A DNA stretch of 64,000 bases from Rhodospirillaceae bacterium. GTDB taxonomy: Bacteria > Pseudomonadota > Alphaproteobacteria > Rhodospirillales > UBA2165. The position numbers and the translations under genes were made by a program. The DNA lies in assembly GCA_018649725.1 (NCBI GenBank), contig JABIHH010000046.1, positions 24,508-88,507 on the forward strand, read 5' to 3'. Shown one piece after another: positions 17,483-27,582 of this stretch (positions within the stretch are counted from its first letter, which is position 1; each line of letters begins with the position of its first letter). Below the pieces are notes generated by a model. The model was not told the origin of the DNA and ran no database searches. It saw only the letters and a list, made by a program, of their open reading frames with translations.

Positions 17483-19192
17483 GTGCTCGGTGATGAAGCA
17501 GTAAAAGAAATCAGTACCGAACTTCGTCAAAGTGAAGAGCGGTTTTCATTGGCTATGCGAGGAGCCAATGATGGATTGTGGGATTGGAACCTAGAAACAG
17601 ATGAGGTTTATTATTCTCCACGCTGGATTCAAATGTTGGGATTCAAAGAGAGTGAGCTTGATACAACGCTCGATACCTGGAAGACATTGGTTCATCCAGA
17701 TGATCAAGGGGTGGTGCTTGAGAAGGTCCAAGATTATATCGATGGCCGGGCAAATTCATTTGAAGTTGAAATGCGTATGCGACACAAAGATGGTCATTAT
17801 CTTTTTATTCTGTCCCGTGCCTTTTTGGCCAAACAGGAAAACGATGATATGCCGTATCGTCTCGTTGGAACCCACGTGGACATCACCGAACGAAAAAAAT
17901 CTGAACAGTTTGTATTAGATACATCAAATATCCTTGAGATGATTGCAACGGGAGAACCTGCTAGAAATATCTATGATGCTATTGCGCTGCTGTATGAGTC
18001 GTGTCATCCGGGACTGCGTTGTTCAATGCTTGTTCTAGAAGGCAACAAACTCATGCATGGGGGAGCGCCAAGCCTTCCGAAGGAATACTGCGATGCGGTA
18101 AACGGATTGGAAAATGGTCCAAATGTTGGTTCATGCGGAACATCCACATACACCGGAGAAACCGTGTTAGTTGAAAATATTGAGACAGACCCAAAATGGG
18201 AAAAACTCAAGCGGTATGCACTCCCCCATGGATTGCGATGCTGTTGGTCCGAACCTATTATAAATGCTGAGGGCCGGGTATTGGGCGCATTCGGTATGTA
18301 TTACAACCATCCCGCTCTTCCTAACGAAAATGAATTGAATGACCTGCGATCTGCCGCCAGACTTGCCGCCATAATTATGAACCGAGACAATTCAGAAAAA
18401 GAACTCCTTCATCACAGACTAAATCTTGAAGAATCAATTTCACAACGCACGAAGGAACTTGAAAAAGCAAGGAAGCTGGCTGAGAAGGCTAACAACGCCA
18501 AATCTGTTTTTTTGGCAAATATGAGCCATGAACTGAGAACGCCGTTAAATGCGATAGTCGGGTTTTCTGACGTTCTAACTGAAAAAATATTTGGCCCTTT
18601 TAACAATGAAAAACAAGAAGAATATGTCAATAACATTCACGAATCCGGATTGCATTTGCTTAACTTGATCAGTGATGTTCTAGATCTTTCAGCCATTGAG
18701 GCAGATAAACTTGAGTTAGCTGAGGAAGAAATTGATATTACCGAAATGGTTGCCGCATCTCTACTATTGATCAAATCAAAAGCCGAACAAGGTGGTATCG
18801 ATCTCATTAATAAAGTTGCAGGTCAGCAACAGATTATCCGCGCCGACGGCAGACGAATAAAACAAGTTCTCATCAATATTTTGTCAAATGCTGTCAAATT
18901 TACCAAGAGAGATGGAAAAGTTATTGTGTACTGTGAAAACGATCAGGATGGATCAGTTTCGTTGGTTGTATCTGATACCGGTATCGGAATGAGCGCCGAT
19001 GATCTTGAATATGCAATGGAGCCATTTGAGCAAATCAATACAGAGGATATTATGAATCAAGACGGTATTGGATTGGGTCTCCCCCTCACCAAACAGCTAA
19101 CTGAGGCGTTAGGGGCTTCGCTTTTTATTGAGAGTGAACCAAATATTGGAACGACTGTGCGAGTTACGTTTCCGGCAAAAAAAGTTACGTAA
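17483..19192 (+). CDS. PAS-GAF sensor histidine kinase
   Basis: The PAS S-box reads GANDGLWDWNL...YYSPRW. A GAF-like middle region follows. The HisKA box is FLANMSHELRTPLN and the HATPase_c motifs are NAVKFT...DTGIGM...GLGL. GC is visibly lower than in flanking core genes. Confidence 0.85.
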   Translation: MLGDEAVKEISTELRQSEERFSLAMRGANDGLWDWNLETDEVYYSPRWIQMLGFKESELDTTLDTWKTLVHPDDQGVVLEKVQDYIDGRANSFEVEMRMRHKDGHYLFILSRAFLAKQENDDMPYRLVGTHVDITERKKSEQFVLDTSNILEMIATGEPARNIYDAIALLYESCHPGLRCSMLVLEGNKLMHGGAPSLPKEYCDAVNGLENGPNVGSCGTSTYTGETVLVENIETDPKWEKLKRYALPHGLRCCWSEPIINAEGRVLGAFGMYYNHPALPNENELNDLRSAARLAAIIMNRDNSEKELLHHRLNLEESISQRTKELEKARKLAEKANNAKSVFLANMSHELRTPLNAIVGFSDVLTEKIFGPFNNEKQEEYVNNIHESGLHLLNLISDVLDLSAIEADKLELAEEEIDITEMVAASLLLIKSKAEQGGIDLINKVAGQQQIIRADGRRIKQVLINILSNAVKFTKRDGKVIVYCENDQDGSVSLVVSDTGIGMSADDLEYAMEPFEQINTEDIMNQDGIGLGLPLTKQLTEALGASLFIESEPNIGTTVRVTFPAKKVT

Positions 19193-19221
19193 ACAAGCCT
19201 TAAAAAAATGTCTGAGCAAAT

Positions 19222-19252
19222 GTCCGCTTTGGGTCTAAAGCGGACTCTTTTG
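19222..19252 (+). terminator. Rho-independent terminator after the histidine kinase gene
   Basis: The hairpin GTCCGCTTT-gggtct-AAAGCGGAC is followed by TCTTTTG. Confidence 0.6.
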
Positions 19253-19337
19253 CGTTATGTCGATAACGTCCGCTTTCGGGAGTATAGCGGACTTATACGC
19301 ATTGTCGTCTTCGTCATAAAAGCAGCCAACCTACCAA

Positions 19338-19370
19338 TAAAAAAGCCGATTTTTCTCAAAACCGGCCTTT
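19338..19370 (-). terminator. Rho-independent terminator of infC
   Basis: The minus strand reads AAAAAGGCCGGTTTTGAGAAAAATCGGCTTTTTT, about 20 nt after the infC stop. Confidence 0.65.
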
Positions 19371-19391
19371 TTAAATTTATTTAGATAAAAT

Positions 19392-19928
19392 TTACTTCGG
19401 TGAGATCACCATCGTCATTTGGCGGCCTTCCATCTTGGGGAATTGCTCAACCTTGGCGACGCTGTCCATGTCTTCTTGAACCCGGTCTAGGATCTTGGCA
19501 CCTAATTCCTGGTGGGCCATTTCCCGGCCCCGGAAGCGCAGCGTCACTTTGACTTTGTCACCTTCACCAATGAACTTGTTCATCGCGCGTAGTTTGACCT
19601 GATAATCGTGGGTTTCAATGCCCGGACGCATTTTGATCTCTTTGACCACGATGACATTTTGCTTTTTCTTGGCTTCATTCTTTTTCTTCTGGGCTTCGTA
19701 TTTAAACTTGCCGTAGTCAAGAATTTTACAAACCGGTGGAACTGCATTTGGTGATATAGCAACCAAATCCAGGCCAGCGTCATAAGCGCGTTCTATAGCT
19801 TCTTCTTTGGAAACAACCCCGGCCATTTCTCCGTCGGCTAATACCAGCCTGACTTCTTCCGAGTTGATGTCTTCATTAATTGCCGGACCCTCTTTGGATG
19901 GGGTGGCGTTAAAGGGTGGACGTGCGAT
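19392..19928 (-). CDS. infC: Translation initiation factor IF-3, with a non-canonical ATC start
   Basis: The ORF-track Met (19826) lies inside the N-terminal domain. The in-frame sequence [34 protein letters not shown] continues upstream to ATC at 19926-19928, which is preceded by AAGGAG at about 9 nt. Confidence 0.85.
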   Translation of the reverse strand: MARPPFNATPSKEGPAINEDINSEEVRLVLADGEMAGVVSKEEAIERAYDAGLDLVAISPNAVPPVCKILDYGKFKYEAQKKKNEAKKKQNVIVVKEIKMRPGIETHDYQVKLRAMNKFIGEGDKVKVTLRFRGREMAHQELGAKILDRVQEDMDSVAKVEQFPKMEGRQMTMVISPK

Positions 19929-20058
19929 CCTTCTTTGCTCCTTTTACAAGCCCTCGCCTTCCGGGGGGCTGTAACTTGCATATTTCATCAATGCTGTACC
20001 CTTTGGAACGTGAAGGTCTTTCTCCTCAAATGTGGTGCTATCATAATAGCAAATAATT

Positions 20059-21972
20059 TTAACTGCCGGGAATAATAGCTTCTTCGCGTAGTTTAGCAAC
20101 TGCTGTTTCAAGCGCAAGAATTTCTTGGTCTTTTCCACCCAATCGGCGCATGGCAACCGTGCTTTCTTCGGCCTCTCTGCCGCCAACCACCATGATTACC
20201 GGGACTTTTGCGACGGAATGCTCTCGAATTTTATAATTAATTTTTTCGTTGCGAAGATCGGCCTCAGCGCTCAATCCAGCCGATTTTAGCTCTTCGAGTA
20301 CTTTTTCGGCATACGGAATGGCTTCATCGGTAATCGTTGCCACCACCACTTGAAGCGGTGCCAGCCAGAACGGGAAGCGTCCGGCATAGTTTTCAATCAA
20401 GATACCCAAGAAGCGCTCAAACGAACCTAGGATGGCACGGTGCAGCATAACCGGGCGGTGCTTTTCACCATCTTCACCGACGTAAGCGGCGTCCAAACGC
20501 TCCGGCAATACGAAATCAACCTGTAGCGTGCCACATTGCCAATCGCGGCCAATCGCATCGCGCAAGACAAACTCAAGCTTAGGGCCATAGAATGCGCCTT
20601 CGCCGGGGTTGAGATCATACTCATAACCGGCAGCTTTCACCGCCTCTATCAAAGCGCCCTCGGCTTTATCCCACGTCGCATCATCGCCGGCTCGAACTTC
20701 CGGGCGGTCGGAGAATTTAATAACAACGTCTTCGAAGCCGAAATCCTTATAGACACTCATCAAAAGATCACAGAAGGTTTTGGTCTCTTCGGTGATTTGA
20801 TCTTCGGTGCAGAAAATATGCGCATCATCTTGGGTAAAGGCGCGCACCCGCATCAAACCATGCAACGCACCGGATGGCTCATTTCTGTGACAGGAGCCAA
20901 ATTCCGCCATGCGTAATGGCAGATCGCGATAGCTTTTGGTACCATGGCGGAAAATTTGCACATGGCAGGGACAATTCATCGGTTTGATGGCGAGGATTTT
21001 ATCTTCGGCCTCAGAAATAAACATCGCATCCCGGAATTTCTCCCAGTGCCCTGAGTCTTCCCAGAGCGAGCGGTTAACCAATTGCGGCGTGTTGACCTCA
21101 ACATAATCAGCCTTCTCAAGCCGGTTGCGAATATAAGTTTGGACCGTCCGGTAAAGCTGCCAGCCTTTGGGATGCCAGAACGCCGAGCCGATGGCTTCTT
21201 CCTGAATATGGAATAACTCCATTTCGCGGCCGAGGCGACGGTGGTCGCGCTTCTCGGCTTCTTCCAACATGTGGAGATAGGCTTTGAGCTGCTTTTTATC
21301 GGCCCAAGCCGTGCCGTAAATCCGTTGCAACATTTCATTGTCAGAATTACCGCGCCAATAAGCGCCGGCGAGTTTCATCAATTTGAAATGTTTGCCGAGC
21401 TTGCCGGTCGACGGCAAATGCGGACCCCGGCAGAGATCGATCCAATCGCCTTGGCGGTACATCGAGACATCCTCACCAGCCGGGATCGCTTCAATGAGTT
21501 CAGCCTTATAGGCTTCGCCTTTATCTTTGAAGAATTTGATGGCGTCGTCGCGGTCCCAAACCTCGCGGATAAAGGGCTGATCGCGGTCGACAATTTCGCC
21601 CATCTTGGCTTCGATCTTCTCGAAATCATCTGACGAGAACGGCTCTTCCCGCGCAAAGTCATAGTAATAGCCGTTTTCGATAGACGGTCCGATGGTCACC
21701 TGAGTGCCGGGGAAAAGTTCCTGCACGGCTTCGGCCATCACATGAGCAGCATCGTGGCGGATCAGATCAAGTGCATCATCATCTTTGGCGGTCACGATGG
21801 AAAAATCGCAGTCTTCCTCAATCACGAGAGACAAATCTTTCATCTCATCATTGATGCGGATTGCGAGAGCCGCTTTGGCGAGTCCGGGGCCAATATCAGC
21901 TGCCACATCGGCACCCGAAAGCGGCGCGTCATAGTCGCGGACTGAACCATCTGGAAGGGTTAATTTTACCAT
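20059..21972 (-). CDS. thrS: Threonyl-tRNA synthetase
   Basis: The 637-aa product has a TGS domain at the N-terminus ([10 protein letters not shown]), class II motifs ([25 protein letters not shown]) and an anticodon-binding C-terminus. Confidence 0.95.
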   Translation of the reverse strand: MVKLTLPDGSVRDYDAPLSGADVAADIGPGLAKAALAIRINDEMKDLSLVIEEDCDFSIVTAKDDDALDLIRHDAAHVMAEAVQELFPGTQVTIGPSIENGYYYDFAREEPFSSDDFEKIEAKMGEIVDRDQPFIREVWDRDDAIKFFKDKGEAYKAELIEAIPAGEDVSMYRQGDWIDLCRGPHLPSTGKLGKHFKLMKLAGAYWRGNSDNEMLQRIYGTAWADKKQLKAYLHMLEEAEKRDHRRLGREMELFHIQEEAIGSAFWHPKGWQLYRTVQTYIRNRLEKADYVEVNTPQLVNRSLWEDSGHWEKFRDAMFISEAEDKILAIKPMNCPCHVQIFRHGTKSYRDLPLRMAEFGSCHRNEPSGALHGLMRVRAFTQDDAHIFCTEDQITEETKTFCDLLMSVYKDFGFEDVVIKFSDRPEVRAGDDATWDKAEGALIEAVKAAGYEYDLNPGEGAFYGPKLEFVLRDAIGRDWQCGTLQVDFVLPERLDAAYVGEDGEKHRPVMLHRAILGSFERFLGILIENYAGRFPFWLAPLQVVVATITDEAIPYAEKVLEELKSAGLSAEADLRNEKINYKIREHSVAKVPVIMVVGGREAEESTVAMRRLGGKDQEILALETAVAKLREEAIIPGS

Positions 21973-22078
21973 CTTATTTTTCTGCTAACTCTATTGGTAT
22001 CTATAGGTTTCTTAAGCTTGTAAATAGGCGCGGAATGTAGCCGGTTTTAACTCACTGTCAAGTTGGATTGTGTGTCTA

Positions 22079-23011
22079 CTACGCCTCCAACAGATCAATC
22101 ACCCGATCAGGTGTTATGTCGGATAAATTATCTTCACGGAGGATTGTGACGTCGGGCCCGCGTTGCGCGCATAGCGCCGGGTCAGAGGCTGAAGAATATA
22201 GCACGATTGTTTTGCATCCACTGGCCGCCGCGGCATGCATTGGGCCGGTATCATTGCCGATGGCGATTTGAGCTTTTTGTGCCAGGGCAAATAAATCAGC
22301 GATCGAAGTTCTGCCGGCAAGTGATACTGCAAGCGGGTCAGATGAGGCCAATTCGGTAAGCAGACTCAGCTCGTCAATCCCACCTAACAGCACCGGCTGA
22401 ATGTCACGCGATACAAGATGCCTGATAAGGGCCGTGTACTGCTCAACTGGCCAGCGTTTGTCTGGCCGGTGTTGGGCGCCGCCTGGAATAAGCAAGGCGA
22501 ACTTCTCAGTCAGTGCGAATTTATTTATATCAGCTTCGGTCCAGCTAAAATTACCAGGCTCAACGCCTGCAACACCGGCCATTGAAAGCTGTTCTTGCTG
22601 GCGCTCAACCGTATGCATGAGATCACGCCGCGTATTGCTGTGTGGATGCGAGCAACCAGGGGCGATGCCGGACCAGTCTGGCGTTGAGCCCGGCCAGAAA
22701 AGCTTGAAATAAAAGCCGCTGCGATCAGAGGTCTGCAAATCATAAATGCGCGTAAACCCGGAATTTCTGAGCCAGGCGCGCAGCTCCAGCCAGGCGCTGA
22801 TTTGCAAGGCCTTGGGCCGGCGGTCAATTTCGACTTTATCAAACCAGGGGGAGGAGCTGGCGAAGTCGACAAACGCAGGAGCTGTTAAAAGCGTAATCTC
22901 CGCCTCTGCATGATGGCGGCGGATGGCGGCAAAAGGCCCTGCCGCCTGAATAAAATCTCCAAGCGCGCCTAATTTGATGACCAGAATTTTTTGTCTATCT
23001 GTCACGATCAA
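22079..23011 (-). CDS. Glycosyltransferase family 9 (LPS heptosyltransferase-like)
   Basis: ILVIKLGALGDFIQA at the N-terminus and IGNDTGPMHAAAA near the C-terminus are GT9 hallmarks. Confidence 0.8.
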   Translation of the reverse strand: MIVTDRQKILVIKLGALGDFIQAAGPFAAIRRHHAEAEITLLTAPAFVDFASSSPWFDKVEIDRRPKALQISAWLELRAWLRNSGFTRIYDLQTSDRSGFYFKLFWPGSTPDWSGIAPGCSHPHSNTRRDLMHTVERQQEQLSMAGVAGVEPGNFSWTEADINKFALTEKFALLIPGGAQHRPDKRWPVEQYTALIRHLVSRDIQPVLLGGIDELSLLTELASSDPLAVSLAGRTSIADLFALAQKAQIAIGNDTGPMHAAAASGCKTIVLYSSASDPALCAQRGPDVTILREDNLSDITPDRVIDLLEA

Positions 23012-24219
23012 GCAGCGTCGCCGGCAATCAGCTCATTGTAAACATCGAGAGTTTTGGCGCACATAATCTCTTTCGAATAATGCATGCGTATGTGCCCAAT
23101 GGCGCGCTCAGCCACTTTAACTCGCTGCTCTTCAGAGAGACCCAATACTTTGGTCAAGGCTTCGGCTAGGCTGTCTGGGTCATTGGGCTCGGCGAGCCAG
23201 CCGGTTTCACCCTCAACTATGGTTTCCTTAGAGCCACCGTGATTGGTGCCGATGACCGGGCGGCCAAGGGCCTGGCCTTCGACAACGACGCGACCAAAGG
23301 CTTCTGGATCGGTTGAGGCAGATACCACGACATCAGTAAGCATATAAGCGGCCGGCATATCATCGCAATGATCGACAACATGAATGATGTTTTGCATGCC
23401 GTAGCTTTCAATTTGGCGTTCTAGCTCTAGGCGATAATCTTCGCGGCCCTGGTCAGAGCCGACCATGAGGCATTGGATATCCTTACGGTTAAGATTTTTG
23501 ATGGCTTGAATAAAGACCGTCTGGCCTTTCCATCTGGTCAGCCGTCCTGGTAAAATAATGATCGGCCGATCATCCGGCAGGCGCCACTCGCTGGCCAATT
23601 TGATCCGGCGTTCCTGGCTGACCTTGTTGGCATCGAATTTATCAATATCGATGCCGCGCGGAATAACGCGAATATTGGACGATGGTACGCCGTAGATTTT
23701 ACGTATATGGCCGGCGATAAAATCTGAGATTGCAATAACCCGCTCGCCTTTGGTCATCACCGCGTTATAGCGGCGTTTGAACCAATTGCTGTGCCCATAC
23801 GTGCCGTGAAAGGTTGTGACAAAATGCGTTTTTGTCCGCCTGGCTGCGTAATAGGCGCTCCAGGCCGGTGCGCGTGATCTGGCGTGGATGATATCGACAT
23901 TTTGCTCGCGGGCGAGATCGGCAAGGCGTTGGATGTTCTGGCGAATGACAAAGGGATTCTTGCTGGCGACCGGTAATTCAAAATGCTCTGCCCCCACCCG
24001 ATTTAGCTCATGGGTCATCGTTCCACCGGCAGAGACGACAATCGATCTTCCTCCGCCTTCAATTATAGCGCCAGCAACATCAACCGTGCCACGCTCCACG
24101 CCGCCGGTCATTAACTCCGGCAATACTTGCATGACAGTTGGGGGGCGAGGGTCGTTCTGCTGGTTCAAAGAAGTCTCTGCCTCAAGATTTTCGTTATCCG
24201 GTTCGGAATTCAATTGCAC
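23008..24219 (-). CDS. Glycosyltransferase family 4 (GT-B, group 1)
   Basis: GGVERGTVDVA at the N-terminus and the EAFGRVVVEGQALGRPVIGTNHGG E-x7-E region are present. The gene overlaps the downstream GT9 gene. Confidence 0.8.
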   Translation of the reverse strand: MQLNSEPDNENLEAETSLNQQNDPRPPTVMQVLPELMTGGVERGTVDVAGAIIEGGGRSIVVSAGGTMTHELNRVGAEHFELPVASKNPFVIRQNIQRLADLAREQNVDIIHARSRAPAWSAYYAARRTKTHFVTTFHGTYGHSNWFKRRYNAVMTKGERVIAISDFIAGHIRKIYGVPSSNIRVIPRGIDIDKFDANKVSQERRIKLASEWRLPDDRPIIILPGRLTRWKGQTVFIQAIKNLNRKDIQCLMVGSDQGREDYRLELERQIESYGMQNIIHVVDHCDDMPAAYMLTDVVVSASTDPEAFGRVVVEGQALGRPVIGTNHGGSKETIVEGETGWLAEPNDPDSLAEALTKVLGLSEEQRVKVAERAIGHIRMHYSKEIMCAKTLDVYNELIAGDAA

Positions 24220-24275
24220 GGCCTAAAAAATTGTAAAATATTGTTTTAATTAATCTATTTCCCACTAACATGTAA

Positions 24276-25076
24276 ATGATGTCAATGGATACCACAGCTT
24301 CCAGCCAATCAACTCAAAGTTTAACACGCCCAGCCGGTGCGTCTATCGCTTATCACGCCCTCGCGGCAACTAAATCTAATTCTTCAGGTGAAAATTTGCC
24401 GGGTATCATCTTTATGCCGGGGTTTATGTCGGATATGAGCGGCGATAAAGCGCTGGCAGTAGAAGAGTTTGCCGGCGAGCGCGGCCTTGCCTGTGTGCGC
24501 TTTGACTATCAGGGGCATGGTCAATCTTCAGGAAAATTCGCCAATGGTCATATTGGCACCTGGTCGGCTGATGCCTTGGCCGTATTGGATGAGTTAACTG
24601 AGGGGCCCCAGATTTTGGTTGGCTCTTCGATGGGAGGGTGGGTTATGTTGCTGACGGCGCTGGCCCGCCCGGACCGCATTGCCGGGCTGGTTGGTATAGC
24701 CGCGGCACCTGATTTCACCGAAGATTTGTTCCCCAATGAATTGTCGGCCGAACAGATGGCCGAGATTGAAGATAAGGGCTTCGTTGTTATTCCAAGCGAC
24801 TATGAAGATGACTACATCTTTACCAAAGCGCTGTTCGATAACGGCCGTAAAAATCTGGTGATGCGCAGTGAAATCCCGCTCGATTGTCCGGTGCGTCTGC
24901 TGCATGGTCTAAAGGACGCTTCGGTGCCGTGGCAAACCGCGCTGAATATCCAGGAAAAGTTACGTTCGACGGATGTTGAAGTGACACTTGTCAAAAATGG
25001 CGATCACCGGCTTAGCGAAACCCCCGATCTGGAACGTCTAACCCGTGTTCTCAGTGCTTTGGTGGATGGCCTTTAA
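24276..25076 (+). CDS. Alpha/beta-fold hydrolase
   Basis: The nucleophile elbow is GSSMGG, with HG...D...H spacing toward the C-terminus (GDHRL). Confidence 0.75.
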   Translation: MMSMDTTASSQSTQSLTRPAGASIAYHALAATKSNSSGENLPGIIFMPGFMSDMSGDKALAVEEFAGERGLACVRFDYQGHGQSSGKFANGHIGTWSADALAVLDELTEGPQILVGSSMGGWVMLLTALARPDRIAGLVGIAAAPDFTEDLFPNELSAEQMAEIEDKGFVVIPSDYEDDYIFTKALFDNGRKNLVMRSEIPLDCPVRLLHGLKDASVPWQTALNIQEKLRSTDVEVTLVKNGDHRLSETPDLERLTRVLSALVDGL

Positions 25077-25913
25077 GCCTTCGCGATAGCTTGGGTAGAT
25101 CAATTTAATCCCGAATTCATTTTTAATTTTTGAATTATCAATACGGCGATTGTCCTGCCAGAAGGTTTGGGCGATCGGTGACATGTCTTTGACCGCTTCA
25201 TTAAACGCGACAAGCGGCGGTGGATCGATGCCCAGCAGTGAGGCGGCGTAAGCTTCAACCACTTGCTGCTCGACCGGCTCGTCATCGCTGAGATTATAAA
25301 TTTGGCCGGGATTTGGATGGTTCAGGGACGCTAAGATCGTTTGGGCGATGTCGTCGACATGGATGCGGGAGAACAGATGGCCGGGATAATCTATCCGTTT
25401 TTTCAGGTCTGATTTTAACCGGCTCAGTGAAGATCGGTCCGGACCATAGATACCGGCAAGCCGGAACACATGAGCAGATATCTCAAGCCAGCTCTTTTCA
25501 GCCGCCGCTCGCCAATGGCTGCGATCATTTGACGGGTTGAGCGGGGCGGTTTCATCAACCAGCGCACCGCCGGTATCGCCATAAACCCCAGTGGTCGACA
25601 AATAGCCAATCCAGTGTGTGTCGCTGAGCTCTCGCAATAACCCACCATAATGTGCCAGCACCGGATCCCCATCGACATTGGGGGGTATGGAAGAAAGTAT
25701 AGCGCTAGCGGCGTTAAGCTTATCGAGAGCATCCTCAAACGGCACCGGCTCAATTCCCAAGGCAGCAAGGGCCCGGGCGTCGTCTTTTTTCCGGAAAGTG
25801 CCAAAGACCGTCCAATTTTGATCGATGAGCGCGCGGGCGATCACTTTGACCGAATAGCCCGGACCAAAACAAAAAAGACTTTTTTTACCAATTGCTCTTA
25901 TGATTGTCGTCAT
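25038..25913 (-). CDS. NAD-dependent epimerase/dehydratase (SDR) family protein
   Basis: I chose the start at MTTIIRAIGKKSLFCFGPGYSV (Rossmann-like). The ORF-track extension to 26198 is antisense to the TPR gene and looks non-coding. Confidence 0.65.
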   Translation of the reverse strand: MTTIIRAIGKKSLFCFGPGYSVKVIARALIDQNWTVFGTFRKKDDARALAALGIEPVPFEDALDKLNAASAILSSIPPNVDGDPVLAHYGGLLRELSDTHWIGYLSTTGVYGDTGGALVDETAPLNPSNDRSHWRAAAEKSWLEISAHVFRLAGIYGPDRSSLSRLKSDLKKRIDYPGHLFSRIHVDDIAQTILASLNHPNPGQIYNLSDDEPVEQQVVEAYAASLLGIDPPPLVAFNEAVKDMSPIAQTFWQDNRRIDNSKIKNEFGIKLIYPSYREGLKAIHQSTENTG

Positions 25914-25914
25914 G

Positions 25915-26661
25915 ATCAAAAAGTACTCTTTTTTAATATCCGTCGCACTGCTTTTATTGGTGCCGCCAGGTGCCGCAAAGGAAATAAACGCAGCGAAGGA
26001 ATATGCGCGTTGCATGAAATTAGCGACATCGAAACCGCGAGCCGGATTTGATATGGCGACGGCGTGGATAGGATCAGGGGGCGGAGATGCGGCAAGGCAT
26101 TGCATCGCGGCCGCCCTGATGAGTTTGAAGCAATTTAAAGAAGCTGCCAACCGGCTGGAGACATTGGCCAGAGAGATGCGTGCGCCGAAAGAGTTCAAAG
26201 CATCTTTGTTGGGTCAAGCTGGTCAGGCCTGGCTGTTGGCCGGCAATCTCCGCCAAGCTGATAGGGTGCTGACGGCAGCGATCAAGCAGGATCCAAAAAA
26301 CGAGAATCACTACGTTGATCGAGCTCAGGTTGCCGCCTTGCGAAAAGACTTTGGGGGCGCCTTAAAAGATCTCGATCGTGTTTTGGACAATGAGCCGAAC
26401 ATGGTCGATGCTCTGGTCTTTAGGGCCAGCGCCAAACGCCAACTTGATCAAAGCGAGAGTGCTGTTATTGATATTGGTCGTGCCCTTTCGATTGACGGCG
26501 ACCATCTGGAAGGATTGCTGGAACGCGGCATTCTACGCCGTATTTTGAAAGACAAAAAAGGCGCCAAGGCCGATTGGCTCAAGGTCATAAAGTTGTCGCC
26601 CAAAAGCGAAACCGCGCGGCTGGCGCGGGCTAATCTTGCGCGCTTGGATGCGCCCAACTAG
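25915..26661 (+). CDS. Secreted TPR-repeat protein
   Basis: The signal peptide is MIKKYSFLISVALLLLVPPGAA. TPR-like repeats follow (A..Y.....A..D......A). The start could also be 25900. Confidence 0.65.
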   Translation: MKKYSFLISVALLLLVPPGAAKEINAAKEYARCMKLATSKPRAGFDMATAWIGSGGGDAARHCIAAALMSLKQFKEAANRLETLAREMRAPKEFKASLLGQAGQAWLLAGNLRQADRVLTAAIKQDPKNENHYVDRAQVAALRKDFGGALKDLDRVLDNEPNMVDALVFRASAKRQLDQSESAVIDIGRALSIDGDHLEGLLERGILRRILKDKKGAKADWLKVIKLSPKSETARLARANLARLDAPN

Positions 26662-27560
26662 CGCCGGCCGATTAGGTTTTTCTTGACCGGCCGACCAAAT
26701 AGACGCTCAGCGTTTTTATAGGCAAACTTTTCGGCATTCTCGCGTGAAAACTGGCTCAACCATTTTCGATTGATCGATATAATTTGCTCATAGTTTTCCC
26801 ATTGGGCGTTGACCCAGGTGTCAGAGCCAACCATGAAGCGGTTTGAAAAGTGCTCCAGAACTTTGCGCCAAGCTGGCTCAATCGAGCCTTGCGAATTTAA
26901 AATACCGCCTTCGCGAAAAGACGTATCGGCATAGAGCGTCTTGTAGCGTGCCATCATATCTTCAACAGTTTTCGCCGGCTCAGACATGCCGGCATGAGCC
27001 CAAATTATTTTGAGCTTTGGCTCTAACGCAAAAAGCAGATCAACCGGTTCTTTCCCGGAGTGAACATGAATAAAAATGTTTCTTTCTATTGCTAGGTCAG
27101 CAATCTTGCGCAGTAGAGGCTTATCGTTAGGGTCGATGCTATGCAGATGAAACTCGCCAATGCCTTGGTGCGGAAAATCGTTTAACCGCTTCACCAGATA
27201 GTCGAGCATACCGGGTGCTTTGGTCCAATTCGAAGAGCCAGCCTGACCATGATAAGGGCGAAGTTCCGGAACGATCCGGTTGGGTGCATATTTCCAGAGC
27301 TTAATGGTGCCGTCGTCAGGGGTCGATGAAACCAAGCCCATCGCGACACCGGTTTTATCCATCAGTTCTAAAATGGTCGCCGGCGGAAAAGGCCCCCAGG
27401 CTGGCTCCTTGTAGTGAATGTGGGCATCAAATAATGGCAGTGTCTCAGCACCTTTGCCGATGTGCTTATCACTTTCATCGGCAAAACTGGCGCAGGAAAG
27501 GCTCACTAGCAGAGCGACAGCCATTATTCCTAAAATAGGGGAGTGTTTCAATTTTTTCAT
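26658..27560 (-). CDS. Secreted amidohydrolase-family (TIM-barrel metal hydrolase) protein
   Basis: There is a signal peptide. The FDAHIHY metal-binding HxH motif is near the N-terminus, with downstream HVH and WAHAG motifs. Confidence 0.7.
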   Translation of the reverse strand: MKKLKHSPILGIMAVALLVSLSCASFADESDKHIGKGAETLPLFDAHIHYKEPAWGPFPPATILELMDKTGVAMGLVSSTPDDGTIKLWKYAPNRIVPELRPYHGQAGSSNWTKAPGMLDYLVKRLNDFPHQGIGEFHLHSIDPNDKPLLRKIADLAIERNIFIHVHSGKEPVDLLFALEPKLKIIWAHAGMSEPAKTVEDMMARYKTLYADTSFREGGILNSQGSIEPAWRKVLEHFSNRFMVGSDTWVNAQWENYEQIISINRKWLSQFSRENAEKFAYKNAERLFGRPVKKNLIGRR

Positions 27561-27582
27561 TTCATCACTTTACCCATTAACC

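Noticed and set aside
25914-26198. 95-aa N-terminal extension of the SDR ORF
   Set aside because: It is antisense to the signal peptide and TPR region of the divergent gene, and the Rossmann-like N-terminus begins at Met96.
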